Shown here piece after piece: positions 50,536-63,900 of a stretch of 64,000 nt of DNA. The position numbers and the translations under genes are program-made. Positions within the stretch are counted from its first letter, which is position 1; each line of letters opens with the position of its first letter. The DNA comes from Raillietiella orientalis. Lineage: Eukaryota. The stretch lies in the NCBI GenBank assembly GCA_036172245.1, contig JAYWIR010000045.1, positions 372,001 to 436,000 of the forward strand. The letters run 5' to 3'. Below the pieces are notes generated by a model, which worked only from the letters and a program-made list of their open reading frames with translations, had not been told where the DNA came from and did no database searches.

Positions 50536-53500
50536 ATGATGTTGCATCGCTTAGCTGCAATCATTCTCATAATACACAAGATGATTGGTGTGATGTCTGA
50601 AGGTGTAAATGAGAGATTCACCAGTCCCTTGCCCCATCCGGATTTCACGAAAGATCAGGACATTTACAGAAGAGAGGAAAGACAATCAGATGAAAACTTG
50701 TTTAACACTATTAATCAGGAAGACAGCTTCCTAAATGAAGATGTGCCGAGAAAAGTGGAGCTGACTGACAATGACATATCATCCAGCCTCCCGAATTTCA
50801 CGAGCGCATCGTTTCCATTCGACAAAAAACTTCCAAACAGAGGTTCTAGTTCCTTCGTGTTTTCTCCAAGCACGCGTCCAACTGTTATCACGAAGACGAC
50901 TGCTCGAACAGATGATGCGAATGAGGCTGGTTCTAACGAAAATTCTCTCTATTCAATACAAACTCCGAACAATGGATTAAAAAATAGTGACATTTTCACC
51001 TTCATCCAGCAGAGACTTTCCAATAAACCGGTGCCTGGATCCCCTGGGATCGACAGATTCAGACCACCCGGAAGCTACCCATCGTCATCTACCTCTACAT
51101 ATGGTTCATCAGTCAAAGGGACCTCTCTCTTCAACACCATTTTGCAATCCCTTTCTAGCTTCTCCTCTGCAAAGGACGGATCCAGCTTCAATCTGAACTC
51201 CTTGATAAATCTTTTTTCGGGTAGTTCCAACAAAAACATCAACCCCTTGCTATCCTTACTGACAGGAAGTGGTTTGAACCTCGGATCACTTGTTCCTTCG
51301 GGTGACTCTGCAGAAACGGTACAGGAGATGAAATAATGGAATACAATGTATGATTGATTGTTTCAGAAAGTCGGTGACTTTGTCGAAATCTTGCAGTCTC
51401 TTTTACAGCTTCCCATTGAATTAATTCGTTTCAAGTTGTATTTCCTGTTTCATTTCTTGCAAGCTGTTGTAAAGGCCCATATACTACTGGTCGGTATTTC
51501 TTGAGGAAACCTTTTTCCTGATATCAATTTTAGTGGCAAGGGATCTTGCGCAACAAAGTTGCTCTAATTCGGGCTGCCATAAACGTGGCCAATGGTGCTC
51601 GAAGTGGAATAACAGATGCAAGCAGACGAATCAATAGAATCCTCGTTTCTAACGCGGACAACATAGAACACGCCAGTTACGTAAGTTTCAACGCCCTCAT
51701 CTCTGTAATCTTTTCGTTTAGAGATTTTTCCCGGCTGCCTAACAGCGAACTTGCGCATCAAGAGAACACGAAATGTTTCCCTCCTCTCGAAACTGACTCA
51801 CGTGTTGTTGTTGTGGTTTTCGCGGGAGAAATTCAAAACTGCATCAAGACCGTTCGGGAAGATTGTATGTGTTTATGTTTGTTCCCCCGTCGAACTTCAG
51901 AGGAGATCCTTTCTGTCGAACTTTTTATTGTATTGAGTTCTCCATTGCAGCGCGAAAGTAAGGCAGGCAGAATTGGACGAAACGACATTTCGTTCGCTTT
52001 CCTTGTGACAGTCGTGAAAGAATACGTTTTTTTCCTTTTTTTTTTTTTTTTCTTTCTGGCTTTTCAGGCCTCGAGAAAACATCTGTTCACATGTGTGCCT
52101 CAGCGTCTTCACGTTTATCGGTCGAGCCTCTTAAAGCAAAATCTCTTCCTTTCCTTTCCGAGCACTAGCACATCGTGTGCAATGATTTGCATCTAATTGA
52201 TCTTGCAAACCCTGTGGCAACGATGTTTCCATACAGATGGCTTAGACTATTTATAGGGCTGGAAAGTGTTCCAGACAGCCTTCTTCTTCTAACTAGATGC
52301 AAACTTGAGAACTTGCAGATTTCAGTAGCACGGGAATGCTTTCGGAAATGTTTTATCATTTTATGCCTTTCCAGCAAGTCATCACCAACAACTGAACCAG
52401 GAATTTCACATGCTTCCCGCATAGAGGTCTTATAAAATCCTTGGATTCAGATGTTGGTGATGACTTCTTTGGCACTTCGAGGATGGGTAAGGATCTACTC
52501 TCTACTTCTAACGGGTCGTTGGCAAATCCTGACAAATGCAACGGATGAAAACTTTATAAATCCAAAGAACTGAACGTGCGCTCCATTAAGAATGAAAATT
52601 ACGAAAGCCATTACCGTTCCTTCGATCAATCTTGAGCTATTTTTCATATTCTCTTCTAATCAGAATTCCTCTTGGTAGAGAATATTAGCCGGTACGACTT
52701 TATTCACAGGACAATGACAGAGCATCTTCAGCAGATTTATTTTTTATTTCCTTTTGTTTTTCGTATTGTGCTCTGCAGGTGCAAAAAAAAAAAATTGGTA
52801 CGGATGCAGCTTTCTAGTTCCGTCGTTTCTCCTATGCTTACTCTATTGGAATTACTCATCTTACACATCGAAAAGGAAAACTGCTTCTTTTATTAGATAT
52901 ATACGTTAGCATTGTAACCACTCCCAATTCCATAGTGATGGTGTAATCGAAATGCTCTTGCAGAATTACTTAGAGCAGATATCCATCATTAACACCAATT
53001 GCTGATTTTTGTTAACTTGAGCAACTCTAGCTGTACCAAAGTCCCTACTTGACCAATCCTGATAGCGACCCAGCTCCTTCCTCGTTCAGCTCCTTCATCC
53101 TCCAATGGATCCATCACATATTTGCATGTAGTTTCCTCTCTTTGGCTGTTCCTTTTACCTTTTGTTTTTTGTTTTTCACAAATTCACTTCAAACTCTGAA
53201 AATCATTTCATCTCTCCTGATTAACCATGGAATAGTTATAGAAAAGAATATTCAAGCTGAAAGATATTTATAGTACTTCCAGTATCCTCGCGTTCTGCCT
53301 CCATCCTTGTCAATAAACCAGATTGCACCCATTTTTTACGAGATAGATAAGATTGTTTTAAGAGTTCTCAATGAAGAGAACTTTACTTGAAAACTCCCTT
53401 TCTCGACTCCGATTTCCTTGGAAACAGCATCAAAAAGCACGTCACGCGGAAAAACTTTTACGTGGATAGGGAAAAAATCAGCTCATCAGACGAAGATTGA

Positions 53501-56500
53501 ATGATATGAAGGAAATGCAGCGATCTCATGCTAGAAGTTTCCTTGATTATGTTTTCTTTACTTATCCATTGTGAGAAATTATTTCTTCTTTTCGAATTTG
53601 TCTAGAAAAGTATAGCGAAAGTGATTCACGAAATCTCTGAGATTCCTCCCTCCAGAATCATGTGACTTTATCTCGATGCGATAACTTTGCTTCGATTGTG
53701 AGAATTCATGCAATGGAAATGCCCGTACATGAATGCACATCCCTTTTATACCTTCATCTCACGATTTGAATCGGAATCCAAATGTAATTCGAAGCCATCT
53801 GTTTTTAGGGATGGGGAGGGTCAGCCGTACAAAACGTACAATTTCAGCGAACATGCAAAACGTATATTCACTAAAACTGATAGTCCGCAAATGCACGTTT
53901 GCTCCCCGTAAAAAAATTAAGGAATGAACGTTCGTGATTCACAGGTGTTACAAACGAGCACACACAAGTACTTGCTAAGACGCAAAAAAAAGGAAAAAAA
54001 AGGTAGGATGCTTCAGGTGTGGATTCGAACAGAAGTGTACGATTTTAGTATTGCGATAGGCGTGATGATGTAAACTCAATCTTTCTATACTTTCTTTTTG
54101 ATCAGTCGGAACTAAGCACTTGGAATTTTCTTCCTCTTCTTCTTCTTTCTATGTTTACGATTATTTATTTTTGCAACAAACGATGTTTAAGACCCAAATG
54201 TCCCTCTGGAACTTGGTCCTTGGTCATCATAACCTGAAAGTCTGGTAGACGTTTCAATCTGATTCAATAAATAGATGCGAAAAAGCGTGGGGTAGCAGCA
54301 TGGGCAGGCTCATATCCCACAGAATAAGATATCTCACTACTGTTCCCGTTGTATCCATATTAAGAAGAATTCTTCTTAATGTTGTTACTCACTTCTCTAT
54401 TCTCTCCTTCGCGTTAGCAGCTTTTATTCGCCCTCCCAGCTCCTTTCGTCTTTAGTCAGGGCTCCCAGCTTTTATCATTATCAAAAAAATGTTGAACTCC
54501 AATTCTTTTTGCAGTTGGGTAGCAGCCCACAATGCGTAAAACCCCTATATTGTACGAAAAGGTTGGAAACCCCTCGTAGGGATTCCAACCTTCTTGTACA
54601 ATATATTATCTGATACCATCCGAGCTGTGCATATCAGCAGCAAAAATTGCCCACGCAGTATGTTATTCTCTGTTGTCATTAACCTTCATCTGCTCAGTCT
54701 TGAGATTTCCATCACCCTCGCCTTAATGTCAACATCATTAATATCTGCGCATGCTGGAAGAGCCTTATTAATGTATGCTATTTCCGTAGCAGTCTAAATT
54801 TCAAAATGATTTTTGCCTCCAGCTGACTTTTACATTAATTTTTTACATTAATCGTTTCTTACGACGCCTTCACACATTCATTTTCCTGCGACAGTTCTGA
54901 ACTGAGTTAAACTATTCCGGACTTTAGTAATTTCAATAATAGAAAGAATAAAGTTCTGTTTCAGCGCCAAAACTTTGGCCTCAGAAGGCGTTTCATTATC
55001 TATGCAACTTATTTGGTACAAAGCTCTCGATCGATGATCAGTACTGTTTTTCGAAGTTACACATATTCTGTGACCAAGTGTTTCCATCCATATTTTTTTT
55101 TGCTTTATTCTTCAGCAGCCATCCAAGCATTTATATGAGCGTCAACTCTTTTTACGTTTACAAAGTAGCATTTCTTTATTTTGTTTTTGTTTTTTTCGAT
55201 TAAAATGGGTTGAATTTGTTTTCCATGAAGCGCGGATTGCACACAGCCGATAAGGTGACTTTCTAAACGAAGCCCACGATGAATCTATGCTTTTGAGAGG
55301 AAGCTTGCCCATCCAAAACGGACGGTATGTTTTGGAAAGGAATTCGATATCTAAGGCAAAACTTCAGGAACCCAGCATAAAAAGGTTGAGCTCATTGCCT
55401 TTCTTCATGCTTCTTTCGATCTTTGCTGAGATGCCGGGTTTTGCCGCCTTTTCACCGATACAGTTGTTGCATTGAGATGAGGAATGCAAGATAAACAGCA
55501 GTAGCTGTTGGCAAGTTGATCAGTTTTTACCACCAGCATTGGATTATTGGCGTGCAAACTTTATTGCCATGTGTTTCGCAAAACCAATGTAATGGAGCCT
55601 TTCAGTACCTTCTGATTTAGCTATGCTCTTCCGTTTTGAGCAAGCTTCCGTAGCTCCATAAAAATTGTACAATCATTTTGCTTGATCGTCAAAATGGTAC
55701 TGCGATTCACACCAAAAGTTTTCGCAGGTCGGTTCTCTTCGACATTGAGTCTTCCTGAAGACAAGCAGATTTCGATGTTTCTGTGAAAGCTGTGATTCTC
55801 TCCCCACGGTGAATAGTTATGTGAGAAAACATCTGTATTGCTATGGGGAACACACCCGAATACTTCGGAAATTGGGACCATTTGCAGAAACTTCTAGACT
55901 GTTTTAGAAGGAAAACTGAAACCTTTCTTGCTGATAAGAAGAATCTTGTAGGCCTCTGACCCATCTAACACTTATTCGCCGTCTTGTTTCCAAAAAAACA
56001 AATCCTTCTGATCGTTCGACACACTTGTCTAATGACCGAAAGGTTCGAAAATGGTTAATAAAAACCAATGCAATCATTCTTCGATCTTAGGTGTCCATCG
56101 GAAAATGACCGCTTCCTTATTTACATGCAGTTGATAAGGGTGCTGCTTTGTTTGTTTGATCAGCTACCACGTGAGTGTATTCCTCTGAAGTGTATCACAT
56201 GATTTCCAAATTCAGAAGAACAGTGTTTGGCACTGTGAGACTCGTTAGGGAATTAATCAGAGTGTACAGTCGGTCCACAAGGAATATCCAGAGATTCTCC
56301 GATGGTTTCACCTCTCTCTTGAAAATAGTAGCGAATCAAAGTTTTGGAATGCAAATGCCAAATTATTCGGTTAAATGCATTGATTCGATTCGATTCGAAG
56401 TCGTTTTTTTTTTTTTGTGTTTTTTCTTTTTTGGTTTCAGTAAAGCAAGTACTCGATCATCAATTGCAAGTACTCGAGCTGAGGATCGAGGTCAGCGGCC

Positions 56501-57464
56501 AATTTAAAACGACTCAACGTGAAAATTGCAGATTGCAATTTGCACATTTTAGCTTTCCGTATACTTGAATTTTCTGTACAATGCACATTTCGCCTCGTGT
56601 TTTTTTGCGTCGGTGGTTTAAACTTTAAATTTCATCACATTAATGAAGAGAGTACGTTTGAAAGGAATGTGTATTTTACATTGCGACAAACATTGGTGTT
56701 ACTTAATCAACCGATCCTTTTTGGAACTAATAAGCCAGTTCTACTAGAACCTCAGTGATACCGTGAACAAGACTGTTCGCTTTTTTGGAGATGCCGGCGC
56801 CACAGCTCTGGAAAACAGTGGCACTCTCGCCAGAGGGTTGTTTAGAGGAAGTCATTATTTGGCGAACGGAATATCGCGATCTTTTGGAAACAAGGATACC
56901 GTAAATCACATAAACGATCTTTCAAGGGTAAGGAGTTTTAGCGCACATTATTTTTTGATACCTTGTGTGTGCTTTCACAAATTCCAGAATTTCACCAGGA
57001 CTGTTGCCCGTAAAGTTGAAACAGCCGGTCAGCAAACAGGACAACTAATTGGCGACATAGCTGAAACAGGACTAAATCAAATTCAGACGATATTAAGACT
57101 GGTTAATGATCTCATTACGGGAGGATCCAACATTTTTACACCTTTTTCCTACTTGCAACTACCTAACAAATCTTCAAGTGCACTGAGTTTCCTTTCTCCA
57201 TTGAAGGGATTTTCCCAATTTAGGATTCCAAGCAATTATAGTTCATCTGTGTTGACCCCAGCTTCAGCAGTGCAGTCTGCATCAGAAAAACTAAGGCAAT
57301 TAAAAAGCCAAGCTAGGTTGCCTCAAGTTGACTTGAATACTTTCTCACTTGCTCCTCTGACATTTTTAACAAGATCTTTGGGCCTCACTCCTCGTGATGT
57401 TGCACAGATTTACAGTAAATTAACTAGTCCTCAACGAAGTAATCTGAATGATGCAAGCTCCTAA
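50536..57464 (+). CDS. Uncharacterised, probably secreted Ser/Asn-rich protein (~570 aa); exons 50536-51318, 51367-51489, 51534-51680, 56748-56927, 56988-57464
   Basis: Signal-like N-terminus (MMLHRLAAIILIIHKMIGVMSEG). All introns are GT-AG phase 0 (48, 44, ~5067 and 60 nt) and the joined frame is open to TAA at 57462-64. Upstream acceptor at ~50513 implies a non-coding first exon. Confidence 0.75.
54359..54380. repeat. Perfect 22-bp palindrome ATTAAGAAGAATTCTTCTTAAT
   Basis: Read directly from the sequence. Confidence 0.95.
54546..54605. repeat. 60-nt near-perfect hairpin (27-position arms, 6-nt loop)
   Basis: tatattgtacgaaaaggttggaaaccc-ctcgta-gggattccaaccttcttgtacaatata: two mismatches and one G-T pair. 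Confidence 0.9.
55000..55900 (-). mobile_element. Decayed Tigger/pogo-like (CENP-B HTH) transposase remnant
   Basis: AKTFGVNRSTILTIKQN (psq/CENP-B HTH), followed by KAPLHWF, NPMLVVKTDQLA and ALHGK in the expected order. Confidence 0.55.
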
Positions 57465-57567
57465 TGAAATTTGAACTTGTAACTATGACCCTGATTTGTA
57501 TAACTCAAAACATTTGCCAAACAAAACATCTTTGCAGACAAATGCAAAACAGAACATAATGGAGACA

Positions 57568-57573
57568 AATAAA
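57568..57573 (+). promoter_or_regulatory. Candidate polyadenylation signal of the + gene
   Basis: AATAAA about 100 nt after the stop codon, followed by T/GT-rich sequence. Confidence 0.5.
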
Positions 57574-57892
57574 TATATTTTAAAAAATTTTGTGGTATTC
57601 AAATACTGAGAAATTACAAGTGAAATTAAAAATTTGCACAGAAATTCGTCCTGTTCATTTTTGAATTTGTAGCTATCAAATCACTGGAATCCGATCCAAA
57701 GCATGTATGATAAGGATCTTCTGGCAACTGCAAAAAGTAATATGCAAATGTCTCAAAGAAACCTTTTTAATGACCACCCGTTTGCACTAACAACAATCAG
57801 CATTTCCTTTGTGCCATTTTATCACAGTAGAAACCATGCAACTCAACAAGAGCTGTTGATTCATAGACATTTGCAGCATCTGATGAACGTAT

Positions 57893-59560
57893 CTAGTTGT
57901 CATCATCTTTTGTAGCTCTTTTCACTGGTGGAGAAATTTTAAACACATGAATATGCAAGTGCTCAGCAATTTCCACACACACTTGGCTGCAATAAAGCAC
58001 CAGATCCACAATGGTCCACAGCTGTGCATATTTAAACATAAGCAGTTTTACAAAAGACCTAAGACTCACCAGCACAATCCACAACAAATAGTATTCCCTA
58101 AACTGAGTGTTGAAATATTGGTTAAGAAATAAAATGGCTGGACCTATCAATGCAGTGTCCAACATACGCATTTCACTTCGAGTCATTTGGGCAACCTATC
58201 ATTGTGTTAGCTACAGTAACAGATTGACAGTAATATTAACAATACTTACTACCAATCGATTAGTCACTTTGGCTGCTACCAAGCCAAAAGTCAAGGCATA
58301 GAGGCATGGATGATTGTCAAAAATCTTTTCTGTACTTTTCAAGTAAATAGTAAGTGCAGGTAAAATAACCAGACTAAGAGGTAATACAGGTGAGAGAACA
58401 CTGGTACCCTGAATGTGTAATTACATAAACATAGAGCATCACATTTATGACAGATATTTACTGCCACTGTTGATCCATTTTTGCCTATGCCACCTGTAAG
58501 CACAACACTTAAATGCTGAAAAAGTGGAATGAGAGCTAAAAAAAATGCAAGCCAGAATAAAAACATCTTTGGAGTTAACCGGATAAATGGAATCTCAGAA
58601 GACCACAATGATCCACTGAAAGCTGTGATAAGATGAATGCATATTACACTCAACTGGATTTCTGTAACATCAAAGTAACCAAAATGCATACATCCTGCAA
58701 AACACTTTGTTATCCCATATGCTATGCTACTTAAAGACAAATTTTTATGCTCTTCAAGGTGAAGTTCTCAGTTTCAGAGCACTAATATTTAAACATCATG
58801 CACACTCACCTGACACATAACTACGCCAATGTGCACAATAAAACATAGAAATAGCAGCAAAAAATAGAAAAAACATATAGCCAGGATGTGTTCCAATTTG
58901 TAAAGAGCAGCTCACTGCTAATATTACAAACACTAAAATATAGAATCTGTAAATAGAGAATCTGTAACATAGTCACATATCCAATAATTCATTGGCATAT
59001 CAATTAGGCGTTCAAGACACATATTAAACAATCTTTAATTCAAATATTAAATATAAGAAAAAATACTCAATTTCATAAGGAGAAAGATGGTGGTTACAAA
59101 ATTACCTGCAGACACTGAATCACACCCATGATCAAATAATTCTCCTAACGGATTGCAACTATTGGTTCTTCTTGCATGTTTGCCATCAACAGCATCCAAA
59201 CTTTGATACACAAATAATCCAAGTGCACATAACAAAGATGCCCACCAAGGAATCTTATCAACAATGCCACAAGTCATAAACAGTATTGAAAAAAACAGAG
59301 CTTACCTCTTCCACAGCTCTTGGGGCATAAAAAAAAATAAATAATGACGTCTGGATATTAATTATTAATCCCATCAAGGTTATCAGATTTGGTGCAAGCC
59401 AGAGAGGCAGATGCCTTGTAAGCCAGTTCCAATATGGTTGCAAATATGGATCCAAAAGACTGGTTTCTGTTGCATTGTACTTATGTTCAGACAACTGCTT
59501 CAACTGCTTCGCTGTTAAAATTTTTTCTTTCATAAGGTGCATCCCCATATCAAAAGGCAT
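57893..59560 (-). CDS. CEPT1: Choline/ethanolamine phosphotransferase (CEPT1/CHPT1 family); exons 59560-59306, 59253-59106, 58932-58810, 58694-58462, 58408-58250, 58195-58070, 58021-57893
   Basis: CDP-alcohol phosphotransferase motif [27 protein letters not shown]-terminal LSEHKY...SLLDP...[40 protein letters not shown]. Six GT-AG introns with a continuous frame. The start could be a downstream Met. Confidence 0.93.
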
Positions 59561-61209
59561 ATTCGGTCATGACTGCTTTTGTTCCATACATGTTACAGGG
59601 CTTTAAAGTTACTGAACTTTGGTTTTAAATACAGAATGGTGACTGTTCCACTATTTCAGGCAGAGCAGATGCTGATTACAGTCGACTTGTTTAAAATCTA
59701 CTCATTATAATTCATGAAAATACACCCTAACGATAAAATGTATTTTTGACAAAAACATACAAACCCATCGATAATACTATAACTCAACCTTTTCGTTTTG
59801 TAACATGGAACGTTTTGTAATATCTGAAATCTTCTGTTTTCTAAACCTTGACCCTCATTTAACGTTTGCACTTGCAATCGTACATTGAATGGTAATATCT
59901 TAAGTTTGCTGACAGAACTTTTTACAATGGCATGAATGCTTCCCCTTCGGGAAAATTACTCACACGTGTGATACGTTAACGACTGAACCTTTGATGCAAA
60001 GTGTTTCGTACCAAAGCGTAACTTTTCCCATCTGGGTCGAAAAATGTCAATGGAATCGGAAATATGGTACAAATACATCTGTACATCAGCGAGTACTATT
60101 TCGTGTGTGGTTTCTCGTTTTTATGTCTCGGATGCATGCGAGTTGTTAAGTAGGGATGACGAATCGCTCGCGCACAAGTCCGGGCCGTGCATGTCAGAGT
60201 GCCGACAGCATTTCAGGAACGGTGGTAGGAATGAAAAGTTCACAGGAAAGTGTGATCACAAATGTGGTGAATTATCACGAATTTTAATTACTTTACGTGC
60301 ATATCCTGTGTTGTTCGGTGCGCGTTTTTTAAGTACCGCGAACACCTCGTTTGCTCCCGTATTCACTTGGAGTGGTCAAACACTTGGGCTTTTTACTTCA
60401 GGTTTTCGATTTTATTGGAAAGATAAGATTCGCGAGAAAAGAAGGAAACAAATCAACCATCCAGTGCCCGAGGGTTCATTGAGAAATGCTGATGCCGCTT
60501 CCGTGCTTTCTGAACCGTGTAACCTCCTGTAGTTTAAAAAATATTCACTGATGATTCGTAGCAGATGTTACGCCAACACGGATGTGTTCCCATCAAGGTT
60601 TTTCGTCTTCAGAATTGCATTCCTTGTCGCTTTGAGCTAGGGGGTGCCTATTTAATGAAATAATCATGAAATTCTTGTGGAATCTAAGATAAACATGTCG
60701 TGAGTGCGTTCAAGAAATGCAGCTGTACTTTTCCTGTGAGCTGCAAACCAGGCAGAAAACAGCGTAGGTCACACTGTCACTCCGAAGCTCTTAATTACAT
60801 AAACAGAGGGTCACTTTCGTGACCGAATGACTTACAGCCGTTGACCTGTACTGTTGGCCATGAGCGTGTACCATTTAACACAGGATTCTAAGCTCGAAAC
60901 CTGAAGAGATGAAAGTAGTTCACAGTTGAGGAGGGAAAAGGGAAAAGCACTTATAGTGAAGGTTGGATGACTCATCCCGGAAATTTGCATCCCAGGATAG
61001 GGTACTGTGATGGAAGGTCCCAGTAGTTCGATTACCGAAAAATTTCGGAAGGTTTCAAGAAATTTGTAGCATTTAAAACATCTGATTAAGTGATTGTAAA
61101 ATTTATGCTTTCTAAATTTATTTTTTAGATCATGAACATTTTGGGGCGCTTCCGTACTAATTTAGTTAATGATTAGTTATAAGATGTTGCTTAAAATAAC
61201 GTGACTTCT

Positions 61210-62504
61210 TGGACTACCTGTTCCAAGGATTCTTATTCTTGCATCTGATTGCTAAAGTATAGGCAAAATGAACTTTTGAATTTTCCAAACATCTGGAAAA
61301 GAGCTCCAAGTAGAATTTTGCATGACATTATTTTTGAGCACATTTCTTCAAAGCAAACAGTAATGCTTAAAATTCCATTACATCTGATATACGTGATACA
61401 CTTTGTGTGATTTATAACTTTTTTGGATATCTCAGTTTGTACAGATTTGAGACAGGCTTTTTCTGAAAACTCTTTGCTTGATGGTGTGTATTCTATCAGT
61501 GGCATGCAAAATCAGGAATACATCATCTATGTATTCAATAATCACGCAAACCATAGCTTTCATTCATGAGTAGACTAACAAATAAAACATACTGTTATAA
61601 AATAGAAATCATGCAATAGAGTTCTCGAAATATCCAAAGACGAATGCAAATGAAATCAAGACGATCGTGAAACCAATGATAAATTCTAATTTTGCACAGC
61701 AAAAAAGCACAAAATATTTTGACATCGAATGGATATTTTCACATCCCCTGTTAAAGAAATGTGTAAGTTGTTAGGGCTCTGCCGAGTTCACAGCATCTTA
61801 TCATATTAATCATCGAACAATTTCAGGGAGATTAAATTTCTCACCGAAAAGCACGAGTTATGAATCACCTTAATATAGAGAGTGCAAGCTTTGAAGTTTC
61901 ATCCCGGAATACCCTGCAAAATCACAAGCTCTGATGCACATTCACATCCGTATTTGTGCGACGGTAATTCCTTGAAAATTTGCAATTCTAAGAAAGCGTT
62001 TCTCCCAAAAGCACACAGTTCCCTCTCAGAATAAAAGAGAAGTAAAGTGTCCTGGTGTTAGGACAATCATATGTCGAAATACCATCTACTCGATGCTAAC
62101 AAGTAATGAGCAAGCAGCTACTAGTTTCACAGAGTGCGTCAGCGAAAGAGGTTGCGCTGTGTTTCAGGCCCTCAAAAGTCGCCTTCATACCATTCTATAC
62201 AAGGGACAGAAGGAAATTTTCCTTCCTGAATCACATTCATAAGAGAGGATGACTGATTACGAGGCGAACTATAGAAATTATCGTCTTTTTTTGTAAGCAT
62301 TTAAGTGAAGATCAGAGGCGCCGTAAGAAGTTGACAAGATACCATGCTTGTTTCTATAGTGAAGAGGTATTTCGAAGTCTGTGATTACATTGATGAATAG
62401 CACTGAATGGCTCCAAACGTGAGCGTCAATTTTTTCTGTTGATGTCATTTGAATTCTTCCTATAGAAGCGGCTCTGACAGCAGTTCTGCCAAAAGACTTG
62501 GTGT
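61210..62504 (-). pseudogene. NUP210/gp210-like segment, copy b (decayed)
   Basis: Exon-like 62504-62343 (AG...GT, open) TKSFGRTAVRAASIG...FEIPLHYRNKHG, then GITVAQIR/VFRDETSKL and QNILCF, colinear with the remembered NUP210 segment GTSVIEV...FTVHFHDNSG...GLTLLRVWD...GDVLCL. I could not splice it into an open frame. Confidence 0.4.
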
Positions 62505-62649
62505 CTGCAATTCTTGTGGTACTTTAGATTAAATCCATTTACTTTTTACTATCAATAGTATCAAACGTGGTCTAAATAAAGGAAACCTGATTTATTTAGG
62601 CTGGCATACGAAAATTTTATTAAATTGAAAAAATGCAGAAGTCTATCCA

Positions 62650-63900
62650 TAATTCATACCCTACTGCTGCTTCAATCTCACTAAGGTTCACCAAATCATG
62701 ACACATAAGGATGCCCGAAAATCTCTTGCAAGCTTAGACAACTGAAGACAGTAGAATCGTTGATAATTTATCTTTTTTATCATTAAAATTAAGGGAATAA
62801 CTGACCTGCAAGTTCAGATTTAGCCCCCTTATCGTTGTGGATGGGCGATTGTTCTGAGAACGTATCATAACCTCCAAATATGTTTCCTTAAACTATTGTA
62901 GAAATGAATGCTGCACGGTGATTGCCGTCCCGGGAGCAAACGGAACACAGAATATCTTGTGAGGACCTCGAGAGTGTTTCAAAACTGCAATTAGCCTTCT
63001 CACTATGAAATTCCCTGACGTTAATCCATTACCTCGCACATTTAAAAGTTGATTATTCATCGTAAATAACTTCCAGTCACAAACGGAGGTCTGCCATTGC
63101 TGGATATACAAGACAAGTGTAATCAGCAGGCTTAAATTCGTACACTTGTTCCGTGAAACTTTTTCTTCTCGAGATTTCCAACACGACGTTTCAAATATGT
63201 GTAAACAGTGAAATGTCGGATATTAAACGGAACAAACAGAAACCTGTGCGATGGGCACCTGCAGGTCAATCCTGCTTGGACTGAACAAGTTCTCTTCGAA
63301 GAAGTAAATGAAAACGCTAACTAAATTTGCCATGAATATGTTTCTGCCCCAAAAAATTGAACTTAGAGAGGCATTCTATCACGAGGTATAAGGAGTTGGA
63401 AAATATTGCTCGGGGAGCTCGAAATTAGCAAAGTGTGTCGTTTGGAACGAACTGGCACTGCAGCGGGTGTTTGTAAAAAGATCTCGTAAACGATCTCGCC
63501 CAGCATCCTGTTTGCAAGCCATGCAACCCGTCAGTTGCTAAAAATCTCAAACCACGCTCTGAACGAGACCTTGTCGAAGAACTCCTTGAAGCAACCTCAA
63601 ATACTCCGAGCCCAGGCGACGTTTCATCGTTCGAAAACGTTTCTTCGTGCCACAGAATGTAGTTGTGTGAAAACATTGATGAGATGAAGACGAATTTGAT
63701 TCACTCTATCTTGGGAACGTGAGAAATTTTCCCCTTCTCTTGGGCACTTGATGGGACGAGTGTCGCAAATACAGATCAGTTGTGCATTTTTATTGGAGGA
63801 GTAAACAGTCTTGAAGGATCCACTTCAGAGTGCTGCCAGGGGAAAAGGCGTATTCAACAAAGTGAGGATATTGCCAATAAAACGCAAATTGCTATCTGAA
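62650..63900 (-). pseudogene. NUP210/gp210-like segment, copy a (decayed; probably continues beyond the window)
   Basis: FIGNILTLLNT (VVGDVLCLAT), HPLQCQF (HPETLISCQSQF), EQVYEFKPADYTC (QDVFTVEP...YFC) and VPFAPG (VPFSPG), in order, with splice-like sites but in-frame stops. Confidence 0.4.

Larger units (their letters stand above)
52150..54830 (-). mobile_element. Decayed RTE-clade LINE (APE + RT) within intron 3 of the + gene
   Basis: Minus-strand IVGCYPT and AANAK (QVYAPT, DWNAK), NQI...FGS (NQID...CGSDH), ANM*WIHWRMKELN (ANIRWIIEKAREF), LKIDRRNGNGFR (IKIAGRNINNLR) and HVKFL, in RTE order. Confidence 0.6.

Noticed and set aside
56175..56507. Extra exon of the + gene
   Set aside because: No phase-0 acceptor/donor pair found; the gene is already in frame without it.
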